Below, piece by piece: positions 62,082 to 64,000 of a stretch of 64,000 bases of DNA. Made by a program: the position numbers and the translations under genes. Location: contig OZ024742.1 of the NCBI GenBank assembly GCA_964016885.1, positions 104,408,001 through 104,472,000 of the forward strand, given 5' to 3'. Source of the stretch: Eledone cirrhosa (taxonomy: Eukaryota). The notes beneath the pieces are model-generated. The model did no database searches. It saw only the letters and a program-made list of their open reading frames with translations, and was not told where the DNA came from. Numbering within the stretch: the first letter of the stretch is position 1; each line of letters begins with the position of its first letter.

Positions 62082-62820
62082 AAGCTTTCCCCTCTTCATA
62101 GCTTGTTTTTCATATATAAAGATAAAACTGCTATATAAATCTGAAGGTATTCTGAGCCCTCTCTGGTTCACTTTCACAGATACAGCATACATGCAAAGAA
62201 GGTTCAGAATTTTGGGTCACAAGCTGTCAAATATCAAGTCAGATATTATTGAACACCCCCACCTTCCCACCCAGTTAAAATGTACAGAACTGCTGACAAC
62301 AAAGTACTAAGTTTAATAATTTGTGACAAATTTAAAATATCTATTTGTAATGGTGAAACTATTCTAAAATACAGAGCACTTTCTCACAATGGAAGACTTA
62401 CAATATTCAGCCAAAGCAAATAAATAAAATGCTGTGTCTGTTTGGCAAACCTACAACCACTAAACGCACAAACGCACTGCATTCAGAGTCCTGGCTCTTA
62501 TACTGCAGCAACAACAGATCTTGCTTCTCAGAGCTAACAAACTGTGTAGCACCCTCACACCGAAGGTCATCTGGTATAAACCATCATTTCCTTTTAATAA
62601 CACACCAAACAGTTTCACTCTCCAGATCCTGTACAAAATTACCAGTTTGAGAGAGAGAGAGAGGGGGGGGGTAGAGAGAGAGAGAGAGAGGGGGGACATC
62701 TTGAAGCTGATCTTTAATAAAACTACTAAAGTACAATATATTGTCAAAGATCTAACAATCATAAACACAATCTTCCAATACATGGAAGATATGAAAAGAT
62801 TCAACAAAAGAAAAATTTAA

Positions 62821-63025
62821 CCCTTTAGCATTTAAAGTGGCTGTGTCCGGCCACAATTCTCTCACTTCTTTCTGTTCAAACCAGCGATAATTGGGCACTC
62901 ATACTGATATTAAGGTATTGCTCTCAAAATAAATAATATCAAAATCTCATAGATTCGATATTATGTGAGATAAAGAGTTTACCATGAAAATACAATAGTA
63001 AATATAGAGTAATGTAAATGCTAAA
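62821..63025. mobile_element. piggyBac-type MITE family 1, right TIR clipped
   Basis: TTAA|CCCTTTAGCATTT...AAATGCTAAA, then a short local duplication in place of GGG|TTAA. Confidence 0.85.
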
Positions 63026-63340
63026 TAGAGTTATGTAAACAGTATAGTTAATACAAAGCATTGTGAGATTTGTAATAAAGACTGATAAGATTAAAAAAGC
63101 CTACACATTCTTTGCCCTTTATCTTTCTACAGCATTGTATCGGCTTTTGGAAACTTTTAGGTCTTTTATTAAACATTTAACTACTTTATAGCTGTCCTTG
63201 TTTTTCACCTTTTTCTTACTTTTGCTTCTTTTGCCTTTTTTTTTCTGTTAATTATAACGAGTATTAGATACCTTCCCAGTTGATCGATGGCTTACTAATT
63301 CTAGATAGGTGTTTGAATTGATTAAATGAAAAAAATTGCC

Positions 63341-63956
63341 TAATAATTTCTTCTCCAGTGTGAATATGTGGTCGGCTGTGCTGTGTCTGGGGCAAAAACC
63401 TCACTGTTCATCAGCAAGCTTGGACTCAACAAATCTCCCTGCATCTCTTTGCCAGATACTTAGCATGGACTTTACCAGTGAGGCTGATCCCTCTGTAATT
63501 GGAACAATCTCTCTTATCTCCTTTTTTGAAAATTGGGATTATGACTGTCGATTGCCATTGCTTAGGTGCCTTTCCAGAGATCCAGACGACCCAGCACCCA
63601 CGAATCAGCCAGACAATACCTTCTCTATTTAAGGCTTTTAACATCTTGGGCTGGATTTCATCTTCCCCAGTGGCCTTGTAGCATTTGAGCTCTTTACTGC
63701 TCTCGTGACCTCAGCCTCAGAGATTAGTCACTGCTCCCAGATGCACTTTGTGTACACCAGAAGTATTCACTCCACCTTGCGAGGATGCACCTATCTGAAG
63801 AGAGGAAAACCCCAGATGCATTCCTGATAGCAGGTGTAGAGGAAGATTTCTTATTACAAAGTCAGCAGGTGGTTCGCTATAACACCTTATTTGTTGCTCT
63901 GTAGTCGATTCCAGCTTAACTCCAAAGTCCTCCCATGTCTTAACTTTGGAAGACAT
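63341..63956 (-). pseudogene. Rex3/Expander-like RTE LINE fragment (linker plus RT N-terminus)
   Basis: KVKTWEDFG..EAEVTRAVK..KATGEDEIQPKMLKAL..WQSTVIIPIFKKGDKRDCSNYRGISL..EQ*GF..STADHIFTL. Confidence 0.9.
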
Positions 63957-64000
63957 GGGAGGTTAGGAATGTCAGCATGTGGTTAAAATGTGGGTGTATG

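Overview
AT-rich, microsatellite-dense eukaryotic DNA with no host protein-coding exon I can support. It is probably intronic or intergenic animal sequence, and the repeat repertoire looks cephalopod/octopus-like (inference). The window is a mosaic of mobile elements: (1) a nearly intact RTE-clade LINE (54817-58333) with APE endonuclease, RT, a PHD-type C4HC3 finger inside the RT and a single in-frame stop; (2) a degenerate copy of that LINE and fragments of other RTE-clade families; (3) a decayed Penelope-like element (PLE; 49741-51350, minus strand); (4) dozens of tRNA-derived SINEs, some sharing the LINE 3' tail; (5) TTAA-flanked piggyBac-type MITEs and several minisatellites. The most notable hidden structure is a set of seven mutually dissimilar cassettes, each carrying a complete or partial hammerhead-ribozyme motif and each ending at a (TA)n tract. 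Three are fold-back (inverted pLTR-like) structures, and one of these has captured 39 bp of nearby DNA. Almost all short ORFs in the supplied track are artefacts of microsatellites or repeats. All alignments and folds were done by eye; coordinates of degenerate repeats are approximate.
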